A stretch of 57,418 bases of DNA, the filler included, from Jimgerdemannia flammicorona (taxonomy: Eukaryota), in the NCBI GenBank assembly GCA_003990765.1. It is 3 parts of 3 records of this genome, joined end to end, with 100 filler letters (N's around TTAATTAATTAA, not from the genome) between each part and the next. Parts side by side here need not be neighbours in the genome. Positions count along the whole stretch, not along the records: positions 1 to 19,073 come from RBNJ01002035.1; positions 19,174 to 38,246 come from RBNJ01002036.1; 1 more part is not named here. One strand, 5' to 3'. The first letter of the stretch is position 1, and each line of letters begins with the position of its first letter. Shown one piece after another: positions 12,927 to 23,013 of this stretch. Both the position numbers and the translations under genes were made by a program. Under the pieces are notes generated by a model that was not told where the DNA came from, searched no databases, and saw only the letters and a program-made list of their open reading frames with translations.

Positions 12927-14401
12927 TGTAAGAGGGTTGCTTTTTAGGGTAACCGTTACATAGTTCTGGAAGGGTTTTCTGGATATTCTGGATATTCTGG
13001 AAGACCATTTTCTTATGGTCAAGATCAATTTCGTATGGAGTACATCCTCTATGCTTATTGATTTCAAGATTGGGTTGACATCTCAACCAAAGTCCTTTTC
13101 CGGACTAGTTCTGGATGTTCAGGATTTTCCGTATTTCAGAAAGTTCAAGAAACTAAGACCAGCTTAGTTGAATTGGCGTATCGCTGCAGACAATACCCAA
13201 TTAGGAAATTTCATGATGGGGTTAGGAGTAGGACCTAACGGGGAGCGGATTTACTTAAGAGTGGGTTGTGGGTTATGGAATAGGTTTATTTGCTATTCAT
13301 GATATTGCTATACTAAGAGTATTTGTGTGAAGGAATATTGTGGGGAAGTATTCAGAATGTTCTTGTCTGTTCAAGTCTGAGATTCTGAGGTCTGGGGGAG
13401 GGGGTATTTATACTAGTGAGGGGCTATCTGGACTATGCTGAATATGGATGTAGCACTAAGTGCCTTGCTGAGTCGGAATGCAGTCATGTAGTACAAGTGT
13501 GATCTGACATGTCAAGAGATTATCTGACTGCTGAGTCAGTTCACAGTCACGTTGTACAAGGCTAATCTATCTATACTATGACTGCTAGACTATTTATAGG
13601 TTTAGGCACTATCTGGGTAGTTCTTGATGACATCACTATTGATGACATCATCACTGGCAAAGTCTGAGCAGTTTTTCTGACATCATCAGTTTTCAAGATA
13701 TCGTTACATCTATCTCTTGTAAGATTAAGGCTGTCCTTGGTGGCGGTGGTTGTACAAGGATAACAGGTCTTGGTTCTCTTTTTTTTTGGTCTGCTGGCGC
13801 ATTTGCGAGGACTGGCCATTCTCGTCTAGGGCAAGGGCTCCCAATGTCGCGGCTGGGGGTTCGAACCTCTCGGAAATGATATTTTCTGTAATCCAAGGCA
13901 ATTTCTAGTAGTAATATCTGTCACGTGGATGGCTTGAGATTGGTTTCGACATTGTCAGCTTTCTTGAGTTCAGATGAAGCGTCCATCACTCTCCAACGGA
14001 GGTGACACAGATAAAGCGAACAGAGTTGTTCAAATGCATTTTACTTCTGCTAAGTAATGAGGTCTTGTATAGTCACGGTATATCTTGGTCTTGAGTTGAT
14101 AAGTGCAGTTCGTGAACCTTTTGATGGGTGAGATAGGGTTCTTCTTGTCTTGATTTGAGTTTGGTACTTTCAGTTTCTTTTGTAATAGTACAGTACACCA
14201 AACTAGCTATAGCAGTTCAGAGTCAGTCTTATGGTTGTAGTACTTCTTCTAGTATTCTTGTATCTTAGCGGTGGGTTCTCGTGCTTGCTGGCGTATTTCA
14301 TGTAACCAGATGATCTCTTGTTTTGTAGTCTCACATGTGGTTTCCGAATTAGTTCTAAGGATACCATGCGATTTTGGTGGCTTGGAGGTTGTGCGCTTAC
14401 A
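12927..14401 (-). repeat. 3' LTR of element B (1475 bp)
   Basis: Inverted ends TGTAAG/CTTACA; PPT GAAGGAGAGAGT on minus strand at 14402-14413; TATAAATA at 13405-13412. Confidence 0.92.
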
Positions 14402-17400
14402 ACTCTCTCCTTCTTAGCTTTCGACGTCCTCGTCGGGGCCTTCTAATTTGTTCTGGTGTTGTTGTACCATTTGGATGGTTCTTGTGGCTATTTTTGTTGA
14501 GGATTTGTTCAACCTTGTATTCTTCTTGGTCATTAATAATAACAGGTGCAGGTGGTTCTGTGGTTCAGTTTGAAAATGTGTCTCGGACCTTCTGGAGTAG
14601 TGGTCTGACACGGCTGTCAACTTTAGAAAAATCCTCTTCAGAGTTCTCGGGTTCTCCTTTGGATGGTCGGATGGAGATGGTGAAGAGAGGGCATTTCTTG
14701 GCCAATTTCTTGAGTTGTAGCTTGTTGATGTGGGTGATCTTTGGTCCAGGGTCACTAGAGTTGAGTGAGTCCTTTTCACCTTGTAGTTTGAAGTTATGGC
14801 ATCCTTTCTTGATGGTCAGAGAATGGTTTACCCAATCGATCATAGGGTTCTCTTGTTTTAACCATGGGGTCCCAAGGATGATTTCATTGTCAGGAAGTGG
14901 TACGATTTGGAGGGTAACATATACTCAGTAGTCGCCAATTCAGAAGGGTAGATTGCGGACTTCTTTGCTAATAACATGTGAGGTTCCATCAGCTGTAGCA
15001 ACTGCTTGAGTTTGCTGTACTGGGGAGGTGAAGACCTTGAGTCTGTTGGCTGTCTCCTCATTGATGAAATTGCCTGAGGCACCACTGTCTATCATGATCT
15101 TGACAGGTGCTCCGTTGACAAAGGCTTTAAGGGTGAGCAGTTTGTCTGATCCAATGGTGGTGATTTCGGTTGTAGGAGCCTTTCTTCTGTTGGTTCTTCT
15201 TTGAGCCAGTTCGTTGACATAAGAGAAGCAATCATCAATCATTCAGGAAGAGTACATTCCAATACCATGAGGGCATTGGCCACTTGGTACATATCCATCT
15301 TCTATCTTCTTGTAGAATTGTTCTTCTTTGCTCATAGTAGATTGGGCTGGGGCCTTGTTTGATGAGCCAAATCCTTTGGATCCTTGGATAGTGGGTAGTA
15401 GTTCAGGGACTTCCTTGACTGTCAGAGTTGACTCGATTTTTTCGAATAGGATCTGGACGATGCAGAAACCAATAGGGATCTTGAAGGGTGTCCAACTGTG
15501 GTTTCGGATGAGGACAATAATTTCACCTGTATAATCTTCGTCAATGACTCCTCCTTCTACTGAAAGTTCTTTCAGTGCTAGGCTGCTGCGACAGCATATT
15601 CTTCCAACATGTCCTTCAGGGATTTGAATACTGATTCCTGTATAGACTTGTTTGACTTCTTGGTTGGAAACTGTAGCTTCTTCAGCTGCATACAGGTCAT
15701 ATCCAGCTGCTTTTTGATTTCTTTTGGTTGGGGCCTTAGCAGTTTGTCTTAACTTGACAAAGTCTAGTGTTCTGGTGGTCAGATTGTTGAGGTGGTGCAG
15801 AGTGGTAACAATTGCTCATGTTGCTGTTCGGGGTTTTCGGTTGGGGCAGGCACTGGCCATATGTCCTGTCTTTCGGCAATAGAAGCATGCTCCGCTTCTT
15901 CAAAGTTCATTCCTTTCACCTTCAGTAAGTTTCTTGAAGGTACTTGGCTGGGTGGGTTCAGGATTTCTGGGTGTCCAAGAGGTGGATGTGGAGGGAGCTC
16001 GGGATGCTTCGTGCTTGAGTTCTTCTTTCTTGGTCCAAGTCCTTTCCTTATTGTTGAATTGCCTTCAGGGCAGAATTGGTCCAGCTGTTAGGATTCGCTT
16101 GACCATGGTCTTGATTCTTGCCAGGCACCATTGTTGGTGATCGCAACCAACTGGGTGGCCTTGTTCTCGGATTTTTCTAGTAAGCCATTCAGGCAGGGCA
16201 TCAAATAAATGGTCTGCTCTTGTACCAATTCGTGCTTCGTCATTGGCAATATATCCTAGGCCAACAGTGTTCAGGAGTGACTCGAGTTTTGTACAGAAGG
16301 TTTTGAATTCTTCTTTGCCATGTACATCAAATTTGAGGTTGCGGAGTTTTACTCGGGATTCGGCAATCATGGTTTCACTGTGGTATTGAGCAATCATGAG
16401 TTGTTTGAGTCCAGGGGCTGCAGGATGGGCTCCATATCCTGGGACATTGTTTGCTGCATTCTGGGCAACTACTGCAGATCGAGTATCCCATGTGAGGGGT
16501 TTTTCAGGAAGGGTTCGCCACCATTCTTCGGCAGGTCCTCGGAAGAATGTAACAACTCGGCGGACATAGGCTGTAGTGGTAGCAAAGAGTTGTTCCAGGG
16601 TGTGGTCTTGATTGTTTGTCAGAACGCAGTCAGCAACTCGTTCATTGGTCCATTGATTAGCTTCAAAGTTGGTGTCAACTATACTAATAAAGCTTTGGAC
16701 TTCTTGTGCAGTACCATTGAAGGTAGATAGGCTCAGATTTTTGGTAGGTCGGGTCTGTTCGGCTAAGGCAGTAATGGTTGCTGCCATTATAGCTACTTGG
16801 GCTGTGAGATCTAGAATCTGTTGGTTTGCCATATTGATTGCTGGAGGCGGTTGGACTGCTGGTAGTGGTGTTACCGGTACTACTTGAGGTACTGGTGCAA
16901 AGTGTGATGGGGTTCTTTGGGTCTGTGTAAGTTGCTGGAGTAGTAGTTGTGGATCTGGAGTAAGGGCTTGATAGATAGCTGTTTGTTGCTGTGTAGGTAT
17001 ATTCTGTCCTGATGGAGGTACTTCTCCTTTGGTAGTATATCTGGGATCGAATTTAGTGAGATACTCCTCCTCCTCTTCAGTTTGGTCCCCGTGTAATTGG
17101 GTTTGCTCAGCATCGAAGTAGACAGAATCAGTAGTATATCTGATTTTAGATGGACTTAATTCAAAGTCAAGTTCAGGTTCGGTGTTGGTTTCAGATTCAG
17201 GTAGGGCTGTAGCAGGGCCTGCTTCGGGTTCGGGGTCAGATAGTTGATGAAGGGTTTCTCTTGCTTCTTCTTTAAGAATATGGCGGGCCTTGCTGTTCTG
17301 GAATTGGTAGTATAAGGCAGTCTTGGTCCTGGTACGGTGATAGTCGGTAGAGTTGAGCCACTTGGCTACAGAGGCTTGGGCTTTGTGAGGAACTAAGACT

Positions 17401-17525
17401 AGAAAGACTGCTGCTGGTTGTCCTAGGTCGCTCGGGATTTGTGGAGCTGACAAAACTCTTGTTGAGAAGAGTAAAGAAGGCTTCAATAAGACCTTCTTCG
17501 TCTTGACTTGCTGGGTGTAGTGCAA
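14398..17525 (-). pseudogene. Single-frame gag-NC-dUTPase-X-protease-chromodomain-remnant polyprotein with 7 internal TGA stops
   Basis: ORFs 16065-17525, 14940-15242 and 14565-14843 share one frame. Motifs: CFYCRKTGHMASAC (NC), AGYDL/RSSLA/GVIDEDYTGEI/GFGSS (dUTPase, 15360-15767), IMIDSGASGNFI (PR), PPAPVIINDQEEYKVEQIL (chromo start), end RRPRRGRRKLRRREL*. Confidence 0.88.
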
Positions 17526-17779
17526 GAAGTTTGGTGAATAGGGCTTCGCCTATTTGCTGGTTTAACTTGAGTACTTCTTTCTTTGAATGAAGTTTATCCC
17601 ACTTGTTGCAAGTGTGGAGGTCAAATTGTCCTTGTACGTCAGGTTCAATTCTCTCCAGATTGTCAGACGGTTCGGATAAATTCCAGTTCAGAGGTTGGGC
17701 TTTATATCAACTTGTAGGAATTCACAGGAGGGTTTGTAGCGGAGTGAGGAAGCGTCTTGAAGCGGAATTGGATTGAAAA

Positions 17780-17791
17780 CCGCTGCTACCA
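17780..17791 (-). promoter_or_regulatory. Primer-binding site of element B (probably initiator tRNA-Met)
   Basis: TGGTAGCAGCGG on the minus strand, 3 nt inside the 5' LTR end. Confidence 0.7.
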
Positions 17792-17794
17792 AGT

Positions 17795-19073
17795 TGTAAG
17801 AGGGTTGCTTTTTAGGGTAACCGTTACGTAGTTCTGGAAGGGTTTTCTGGATATTCTGGATATTCTGGAAGACCGTTTTCTTATGGTCAAGATCAATTTC
17901 ATATGGAGTACATCCTCTACGCTTATTGATTTCAAGATCGGGTTGACGTCTCAACCAAAGTCCTTTTCTGGACTAGTTCTGGATGTTCAGGATTTTCCGT
18001 ATTTCAGGAAGTTCAAGAAACTAAGACCAGCTTAGTTGAATTGGCGTATCGCTGCAGACAATACCCAATTAGGAAATTTCGTGATGGGGTTAGGAGTAGG
18101 ACCTAACGGGGAGCGGATTTACTTAAGAGTGGGTTATGGGTTATGGAATAGGTTTATTTACTATTCATGATATTGCTATACTAAGAGTATTTGTGTAAAG
18201 GGATATTGTGGGGAAGTATTCGGAATGTTCTTGTCTATTCGAGTCTGAGATTCTGAGGTCTGGGGGAGGGGGTATTTATACTAGTGAGGGGCTATCTGGA
18301 CTATGCTGAATATGGATGTAGCACTAAGTACCTTGCTGAGTCGGAATGCAGTCACGTAGTATAAGTGTGATCTAACATGTCAAGAGATCATCTGACTGCT
18401 GAGTCAGTTCACAGTCACATTGTATAAGGCTAATCTATCTATACTATGACTGCTAGACTATTTATAGGTTTAGGCACTATCTGGGTAGTTCTTGATGACA
18501 TCACTATTGATGACATCATCACTGGCAAAGTCTGAGCAGTTTTTCTGACATCATCAGTTTTCAAGATATCGTCACGTCTATCTCTTGTAAGATTAAGGCT
18601 GTCCTTGGTGGCAGTGGTTGTACAAGGATAACAGGTCTTGGTTCTCTTTTTTTTTTGGTCTGCTGGCACATTTGCGAGGACTGGCCATTCTCGTCTAGGG
18701 CGAGGGCTCCCAATGTCGCGGCTGGGGGTTCGAACCTCTCGGAAATGATATTTTCTGTAATCCGAGGCAATTTCTAGTAGTAATATCTGTCACGTGGATG
18801 GCTTGAGATTGGTTTCGACGTTGTCGGCTTTCTTGAGTTCAGATGAAGCGTCCGTCACTCTCCAACGGAGGTGACACAGATAAAGCGAACAGAGTTGTTC
18901 AAATGTGTTTTACTTCTGCTAAGTAATGAGGTCTTGTATAGTCACGGTATATCTTGGTCTTGAGTTGATAAGTGCAGTTCGTGAACCTTTTGATGGGTGA
19001 GATAGGGTTCTTCTTGTCTTGATTTGAGTTTGGTACTTTCAGTTTCTTTTGTAATAGTACAGTACACCAAACT
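17795..19073 (-). repeat. 5' LTR of element B (truncated by contig end)
   Basis: Direct repeat of 12927-14203; differences seen are almost all C>T/G>A transitions. Confidence 0.92.
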
Positions 19074-19173
19074 NNNNNNNNNNNNNNNNNNNNNNNNNNN
19101 NNNNNNNNNNNNNNNNNTTAATTAATTAANNNNNNNNNNNNNNNNNNNNNNNNNNNNNNNNNNNNNNNNNNNN
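19074..19173. other. Artificial contig linker
   Basis: N44-TTAATTAATTAA-N44; flanking contigs are of equal length (size-sorted concatenation). Confidence 0.97.
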
Positions 19174-19841
19174 GCCTGAAGATTTCCGCCGCCTTTTGAA
19201 TTATCCGCCGTATTTCCAGTTAAGCCGCCGTTTTCGAGAAGTCCGCCGATTCAGGAAGAATCCGCGTCATCCGCCGCCAGTTATCCGCATTCCCATAAAA
19301 ACCCACGCCATCCGAGTAGTATTCCCAGTTGAAGCCGAAACCGCGACATCCGAGTTATTCGTTATTCCCAGTGAGCCTAGGAAGAATCCACGCCATACAA
19401 TTCCCAGTAAGAAGAATCCGCGCTACCTTCTATTCCCAAACCGCCACTTTTGGACAACCCACACCAAATCGAGAAGTCCGCCAAAATCGTCCCGCCAGAA
19501 ATCGCATACTTTTGGAGATCGTCGCGCTACACAAGAAATCGCCCGCCACCCAAGAAGGAGAACCGCTAAATTACCAGACCGTCACGCACAAGGAGATCGT
19601 CATGCTACACAGAAATTGTGCCATTCCCAGTTGACCTAAGAAGGAAAGGACATACAAATTGCCGCTACACTCAGAGAACCGTCCCAATAAGGAAATCGCT
19701 CGCACAGTATCCAGATCTTGACTATTATACCGCTAAACACCAAGAACATTTTGTTGCTTTTAACAAAGTAACTGGGGGCTCAAGCCAAACTACATCAACC
19801 CCCAACCTTATAATTTGCCTCCATTGAGCCGGCACGTTACA
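19174..19841. mobile_element. End of a young, CpG-rich LTR-like element inserted in a B-family LTR
   Basis: Ends ...gcacgTTACA at 19841, after which B-LTR sequence (matching 13442 onward) resumes; internal gaagaatccgcg-type repeats. Confidence 0.55.
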
Positions 19842-21385
19842 ATATGGATGTAGCACTAAGTGCCTTGCTGAGTCGGAATGTAGTCACATAGTACAAGTGT
19901 GATCTGATATGTCAAGAGATCGTCTGACTGCTGAGTTAGTTCACAGTCACGTCATACAAGGCTAATCTATCTATGCTATGACTGCTAGACTATTTATAGA
20001 TTTAGGCACTATCTGGGTAGTCTTCGATGATATCACCATCGATTGCATCATCTCTGATGAAGTAGTCATCTAGGAAGAGTGGTTTGCAGATTACTTCTCC
20101 TTGTTGGCTGAGGTAGTAATACATTGGGACTTCATCTCCATCCCACAGGATAGCGTCATCTGTTTCGTATGCTGAATAAGGTGTTGGTGGGCGAAGAATG
20201 GGTGTATTGTCTTCGCTTTCGTCCGATTCACTGTCTGCGTACCTTCTATAGGTTACAGCACTATGAGTTGCAGGATTGTAGTAAGCTGGCGGCTGTAGTT
20301 TATGTTGCTCATACTCAGGTGGTGGAGTGGTTGGTTCAATCTCGAGGGTTGTCTGGAGGTACAGGTTGTGTTCTCCGGTCTCTTCATTGTAGTTGAAGTA
20401 GTCAGGGGTGAATGTAGGTTGGTATTCGTACCAGTGGTCATTGTCCCAATAAGTCTCATATATAGTTATGAACTGTTGTAAGTTCATTGGCAAGATTGGC
20501 GGAGTGATCAGGGTTGGCAGAGATCCTTGGCTAGAGGTCATGTCGGCGTCAGAGGGATCATTGTCTTCTGCTTCATCTTCATCGAAGTGAATTATATCGT
20601 AGACATCCTTCATAGCATATCCAACTTGGGGCATTTGCAGGATTTGATCGTCAGGGTGTGGGAAGGTTCTATCTGTAGTTTTGACGTACTCGAGATACTT
20701 GTGGTTGAGTTCTTGTATCATGTCATCGATTTGGCTATAAGACAGAGTAGCAACCATTTCGCTGGTAGTGACTCGGAGGCGGGGAATAAAGGTGTTGTAC
20801 TCATAGAAGAGTTCTCGATGTTTGCAGGCAATGAGCTTCTGGTGTTGAGACATCTGGGTAATGTCTGTATCATGGTGGTGTTCGACCATGTCTTCCAGGA
20901 GGTGGCCAATCTGGTAGTAGCTTGAGATTTGTCCGATTTGGTGGGCCTCGCTAAGCATGTTCAGGGCATTCCATCGGGCTTCCATGAAGTAGAGGGGTGC
21001 CAGGCTATGGATATTCATGAGGGGCAGAGGGGGTGTGGCTCGGTTGACAATGGTATTCCAAATGTCAGCATAGATGCAGTTGTAGATCTCAGGTCATGTT
21101 TGTGTATTTGGAAGTTGTGTTTGTTATTTGTTTTGGTTTTCTGATTCGATGTGTCTCGGTGCTCGGTATATATGCATTTAGTCCTGATTGGTAAGGTTCT
21201 GTTTGTGTGGATCTTGTGTTCTGTGACTTTGTATTGACTCAGCTTTGTGCGCTGTGACTTTGGTTTGACTCAGCTTCATGATCGAGCAGGTGATTTCCAG
21301 ATTTGTTCAGAGGTCGCGTGTGATTTCAGTGGCTTGTTCAGAGGGTGACATATAGTTTCAGTAGCTTGGAGGTTGTGCACTTACA
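19842..21385 (-). mobile_element. B-family LTR variant carrying a long U3 ORF
   Basis: 19842-20045 matches 13442-13645; the end gcttggaggttgtgcacTTACA matches 14380-14401; the interior differs from LTR B. Confidence 0.85.
20002..21018 (-). CDS. LTR-encoded hypothetical protein (338 aa; helical N-terminal domain, acidic/Pro/Tyr-rich tail)
   Basis: Open 338-aa frame inside the LTR; it may extend past TGA 21094-96 and TAA 21124-26 to an ATG at 21177; homologous remnants in LTRs A and C. Confidence 0.75.
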   Translation of the reverse strand: MNIHSLAPLYFMEARWNALNMLSEAHQIGQISSYYQIGHLLEDMVEHHHDTDITQMSQHQKLIACKHRELFYEYNTFIPRLRVTTSEMVATLSYSQIDDMIQELNHKYLEYVKTTDRTFPHPDDQILQMPQVGYAMKDVYDIIHFDEDEAEDNDPSDADMTSSQGSLPTLITPPILPMNLQQFITIYETYWDNDHWYEYQPTFTPDYFNYNEETGEHNLYLQTTLEIEPTTPPPEYEQHKLQPPAYYNPATHSAVTYRRYADSESDESEDNTPILRPPTPYSAYETDDAILWDGDEVPMYYYLSQQGEVICKPLFLDDYFIRDDAIDGDIIEDYPDSA

Positions 21386-21431
21386 ATTACTTACCAAACT
21401 ATTATGACCAGTAAGGTAGTAGAGAAAGAGG
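21386..21431 (-). mobile_element. 5' tip of another 1.2-kb retroposon copy, cut by the B-family LTR
   Basis: ccaaactattatgaccagtaaggtagtagagaaagag is the reverse complement of about 231-270. Confidence 0.7.
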
Positions 21432-22314
21432 CCAGATCTGTACTTCAGAGACTCAGCTAGAGTATATGTTCTTTCATCTCTAAATATTTTTATTTTCAAA
21501 ATGAACAAGTAGTGAATAAATATATACACAATTAGACTCTATCATTAGACTAGTTCAATCATTAAAGTTTTTTTTTTTTGCTTTAGTAAAAGTTGGATTA
21601 TTTTTTCAAATATCTCTGTTAATAATAAAATTAGTATCTCTATAACACTTCTCTTAGTAAATTCCTTAGTAGTATATCAGTTATATAGTATGTGTACTTT
21701 CTCTGAGTAATCAATTTCTATGATGGTGGCTAGTCAAGCATTTATGGAAAAAAGGTGTGGGAACTATATAGATATATTGATCAGCTACTATATATGAAAA
21801 TATTATCAAATGTCAAACTCTATCACACTCTATAGTATTGTCAGAATTAGAATAATTATACTGGAATCATAAAATATATATAATAATGATTTGTGCAGAA
21901 AGGCAGTAGTCAGAATAATAGTAAGATAAAGTGGTTAGAATAGAGTATTGGTCCCAAAAAAAGTTTTTACATCTAATTCTAACTTGTCTGACTTCTTAGT
22001 ATAGAGATTTAACTTGATTAAGGTAGTATACTATATACTTTAAAATAAATAAGAAATGAGTCAATATATACAAATCTCTATCAGATATAAGGAATATGTC
22101 AAAAGTAAAGTTAGTAAATATTAGAAATTTATTGATATGAAATAATATTAATATAAAATACTTATATATATAGAGATATTTAATAGATATAAAAGTACTA
22201 GATATATTTACAGCCCAGTTTGTTTGAGTCTGGTCAGGGTGAGTACACATAATGAAGCCATGAGGCAATGAATACTAAAGATGAAGTCCAGAGAGCCTTG
22301 TATGAGAAGAAGAA

Positions 22315-22378
22315 GTAGACTATATAATAACAAGTAAGGCTATATAATAATGAGTAAGACTATATAATAACAAGTAAG
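22315..22378 (+). repeat. 21-bp tandem repeat x3
   Basis: (gtaagactatataataacaa-like) units. Confidence 0.6.
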
Positions 22379-23013
22379 TGAGGAGATCTGATGAACCAAC
22401 TCAGAGATAACATAAGTATAGGTCAGGAGGGAGATAGTATATTATCAACATTACTTCTGCAGACTGATAAATATACTCTATAAATTGCACTGGCTTGAGA
22501 AATGTTTGTTTTGAACTAAAAAAAAAAAAAAAAGTGATGTTATCTAATTGTCATATCACTACTACCCAATTACTAAAAGAGTAGATCTTATTATATATAA
22601 TAAAGCTCAGTCTTGAAATATTAGAATCTACTTATATTTGTAAGAGATCAAAAAAGATAAGTAATAGCTGAGATTGACTGTCACAAATCTATATTATATA
22701 ATACTACTCTATCATCTATTCACTGCACTACAACTTATAATTTATATATCAGCTGAGAGCTGGTAAGTATACTTAAAGGAGCTCAGGAGATACACTTTTC
22801 TTACTGTATTACTTCCTGTTCAGGCCTTTACTCAGAACAATCATATCTCAGATTTAGTTATAGTCTATAGAGCTTAAATAATATATATGTATGAGAGGAA
22901 TTCTTAAGGAAAACATTGATTTACTTTTTTGAAAAAGTGATGATCCATTGGCTATTATTATATTAGTATAGTTCAAAATGACATATTTGTATTAAAAATA
23001 AAAAAATTAACTT

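Larger units (their letters stand above)
12927..19073 (-). mobile_element. Non-autonomous Ty3/gypsy (chromovirus-like) element B: LTR-gag-NC-dUTPase-X-PR-chromo remnant-LTR
   Basis: Near-identical LTRs at 12927-14401 (TGTAAG...CTTACA) and 17795 to contig end; PBS and PPT present; no RT/RH/IN in the 3.4-kb interior. Confidence 0.92.

Noticed and set aside
14398..16067. TGA recoding (selenocysteine or alternative genetic code)
   Set aside because: Host genes here end in TGA (PRP4, TMEM198), and CGA>TGA fits the CpG decay seen between the LTRs.
19118..19129. TTAATTAATTAA palindrome inside the N runs
   Set aside because: Synthetic six-frame stop linker.
17795..21385. One continuous 5' LTR of element B across the gap
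   Set aside because: The gap is an artificial linker between size-sorted contigs. The 19842-21385 LTR has a different U3 and its flank lacks the TAGTG TSD.
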